IMG/VR virus record: IMGVR_UViG_3300042870_001240
Reading direction: 5' to 3' (one strand)
DNA length: 64,000 bases
Source: a virus
Taxonomy: Duplodnaviria > Caudoviricetes
The notes under the pieces were generated by a model that did no database searches, was not told where the DNA came from, and worked only from the letters and a program-made list of their open reading frames with translations. Made by a program: the position numbers and the translations under genes. Positions 63,701-64,000 of this stretch are shown piece by piece; position 1 is the first letter of the stretch, and each line of letters begins with the position of its first letter.

Positions 63701-64000
63701 TTTATATGTGTAAATTGGTTCAGGTCTACCTAAGAAATCGGTTGGTTGGAAAGACGGCGTACTCGATTCATTAAATTTAATATCATATGGTGGGAACCAC
63801 ATAACTCTTCCTCCATTTGGACCTTTTTCACAAACAGGTAATTCGTCATATGTAAATCCTGGTCTACTTGATGTTCTCCACGCTAAGTTTTCAATCGAAA
63901 ACATATATTTTTTGGCATACCCACCTCTTCCGTTTATATCGTCAGGCATAATGTTTGTCGACCCAGGATTTTTTAACGGAGCAATGTTTAGGTTGAATGT
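60737..64000 (-). CDS. large tail/baseplate protein (tube-initiator-like domains) with an OmpA-like domain; 5' end beyond the window
   Basis: Frame stays open from 63949 to 64000; EGSAS...YNKALSERRISSIKNFF...CRRV; FGAPPVLILRLGDF. Confidence 0.6.
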   Translation of the reverse strand, partial: TFNLNIAPLKNPGSTNIMPDDINGRGGYAKKYMFSIENLAWRTSSRPGFTYDELPVCEKGPNGGRVMWFPPYDIKFNESSTPSFQPTDFLGRPEPIYTYKSTSRTGTLSWKMIVDHPSVMNIVAEKQLKGQNKEKLNSIMDSFFAGCVKFDIYELAKKYNTIPAADLFTYQQVLNNPRLTDEEWAGINTELSKENTDTTGNNPNTNTKTAVTDDTSGAEFENKYLDFAFYFENDIPGKNPETTTTVDYQSIYGTYTSTSNIDKYVDRAKSTFNSDDREVNVEQFFNTVVITNFNTFSKGFVKDAFNLLTSNPEAKISVVMEGSASAVATVPYNKALSERRISSIKNFFQNYKDGDASLGPFITNGRFIIKADPGTGEETVIPIAGTTTGFDVDCRVNQKDKTGKVTSNSQIYAVSAMACRRVRVKTIDVVIPPKPAPTPDPIKEIKTVNVDVPKPVPTVDTIKKIKEGITKKILRGLLSECDYFEVIKQESPMVYDSFKEKIKYFNPAFHSTTPEGLNARLTFLNQCVRPGETIPTIGTDGKPKYNDAVNTSFGAPPVLILRLGDFVNSKIIPTSLSFSYEPLLFDMNPEGIGIQPMLANVSMGFNIIGGMGLKEPVERLQNALSFNYYANTEIYDERSVWTEDTSALDKSVVDAILASQTPATVANVDNPPTNNGGTTIGEIITNIPVPSGQTGEIGYQKIMDSLLTETKNYFELVTNKLESVNSSYNYGVVQMLNSKRNYNEGVASGGTVNPVPRAVEIYGKSNYTEKDTDLIKKQFTDAIAAINSTNNPIIKGLLKNFDPNSKAIRDVRTNMVDYVNSLETTFSNGITTIMQEVVVFEQNYVQIIRKINLVTNLTDGKLLDTNTPRIYNLSATTQVSESSKTGTNIPDTTYRELVFDFQSLNAATTKFNALLGSNDYQIAFIGDPYRGGDFKVLNQDKFPSVPGNYDKTFFFIMARILSDKNKKDEFINYVIKGDLTTLKDPVNLKNKFEKIVNDLSDDYKSELKDEEKMFTKLKKSSDYKKLTDGIEETMYPKGKTRKFAYTTIPLTDAAKVKEQSGWISDLYKTVNIEPDNKKTYLGKIKFD

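Noticed and set aside
364-63774. Dozens of short ORFs in the track antisense to, or out of frame within, long genes (e.g. 2472..2846, 3846..4253, 10514..10873, 40925..41335, 51279..51470)
   Set aside because: They are shadow ORFs fully overlapping well-supported genes, with hydrophobic antisense-type composition and no promoter or motif support
1-64000. Alternative genetic code (TAG or TGA recoding), as seen in some huge phages
   Set aside because: Long genes are intact in the standard code, coding density is near complete, and TAA, TAG (511) and TGA (369) all serve as stops
1-64000. tRNA, rRNA or CRISPR array
   Set aside because: Intergenic gaps are short and explained by promoters, terminators or small ORFs; all tandem repeats are in-frame coding repeats with no spacers
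1-64000. Eukaryotic or NCLDV origin suggested by Cys-rich, mucin-like and plant-GT-like genes
   Set aside because: A sigma70 factor, bacterial promoters and terminators, coupled operons and gp6/gp25/gp53 baseplate genes indicate a tailed bacteriophage

Overview
A densely coding, AT-rich (roughly 30% GC by eye) 64 kb segment of a jumbo/huge tailed dsDNA phage (contractile-tail, distantly T4-like), read in the standard code. Almost all genes are on the minus strand. The host is probably Bacteroidota: the phage sigma70 has the Bacteroidota-type FISYAVWW region 2, several promoters resemble TTTG-N19-20-TAnnTTTG, and virion proteins carry SprB and FN3-like modules. Left part: putative head-internal and lysis-like genes, sigma factor, SbcD/SbcC, PD-(D/E)XK nuclease, primase, an inverted Cys-rich three-gene cassette and RuvC. 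Middle: tail-fibre/baseplate cluster with Pro/Thr-rich linkers, SprB repeats, a Hint domain, a GT-A glycosyltransferase, a HAD protein, a free-standing HNH, and gp7-, gp6- and gp25-like wedge genes. An embedded replication operon (gp32-like SSB, RecA, 5'-3' exonuclease, DnaB, class II RNR) follows, then a giant baseplate hub, a gp53/LysM-like protein and an OmpA-domain tail protein truncated at the edge. The best candidate for an undescribed system is virion-protein maturation: a GT95/GT96-like (plant peptidyl-Ser/Hyp O-glycosyltransferase-like) enzyme among mucin-like PT/T-rich virion proteins, next to a fibre protein ending in a non-splicing Hint domain. No tRNA, CRISPR array or recoding was seen. 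All family calls are motif recognition by eye, not database searches.
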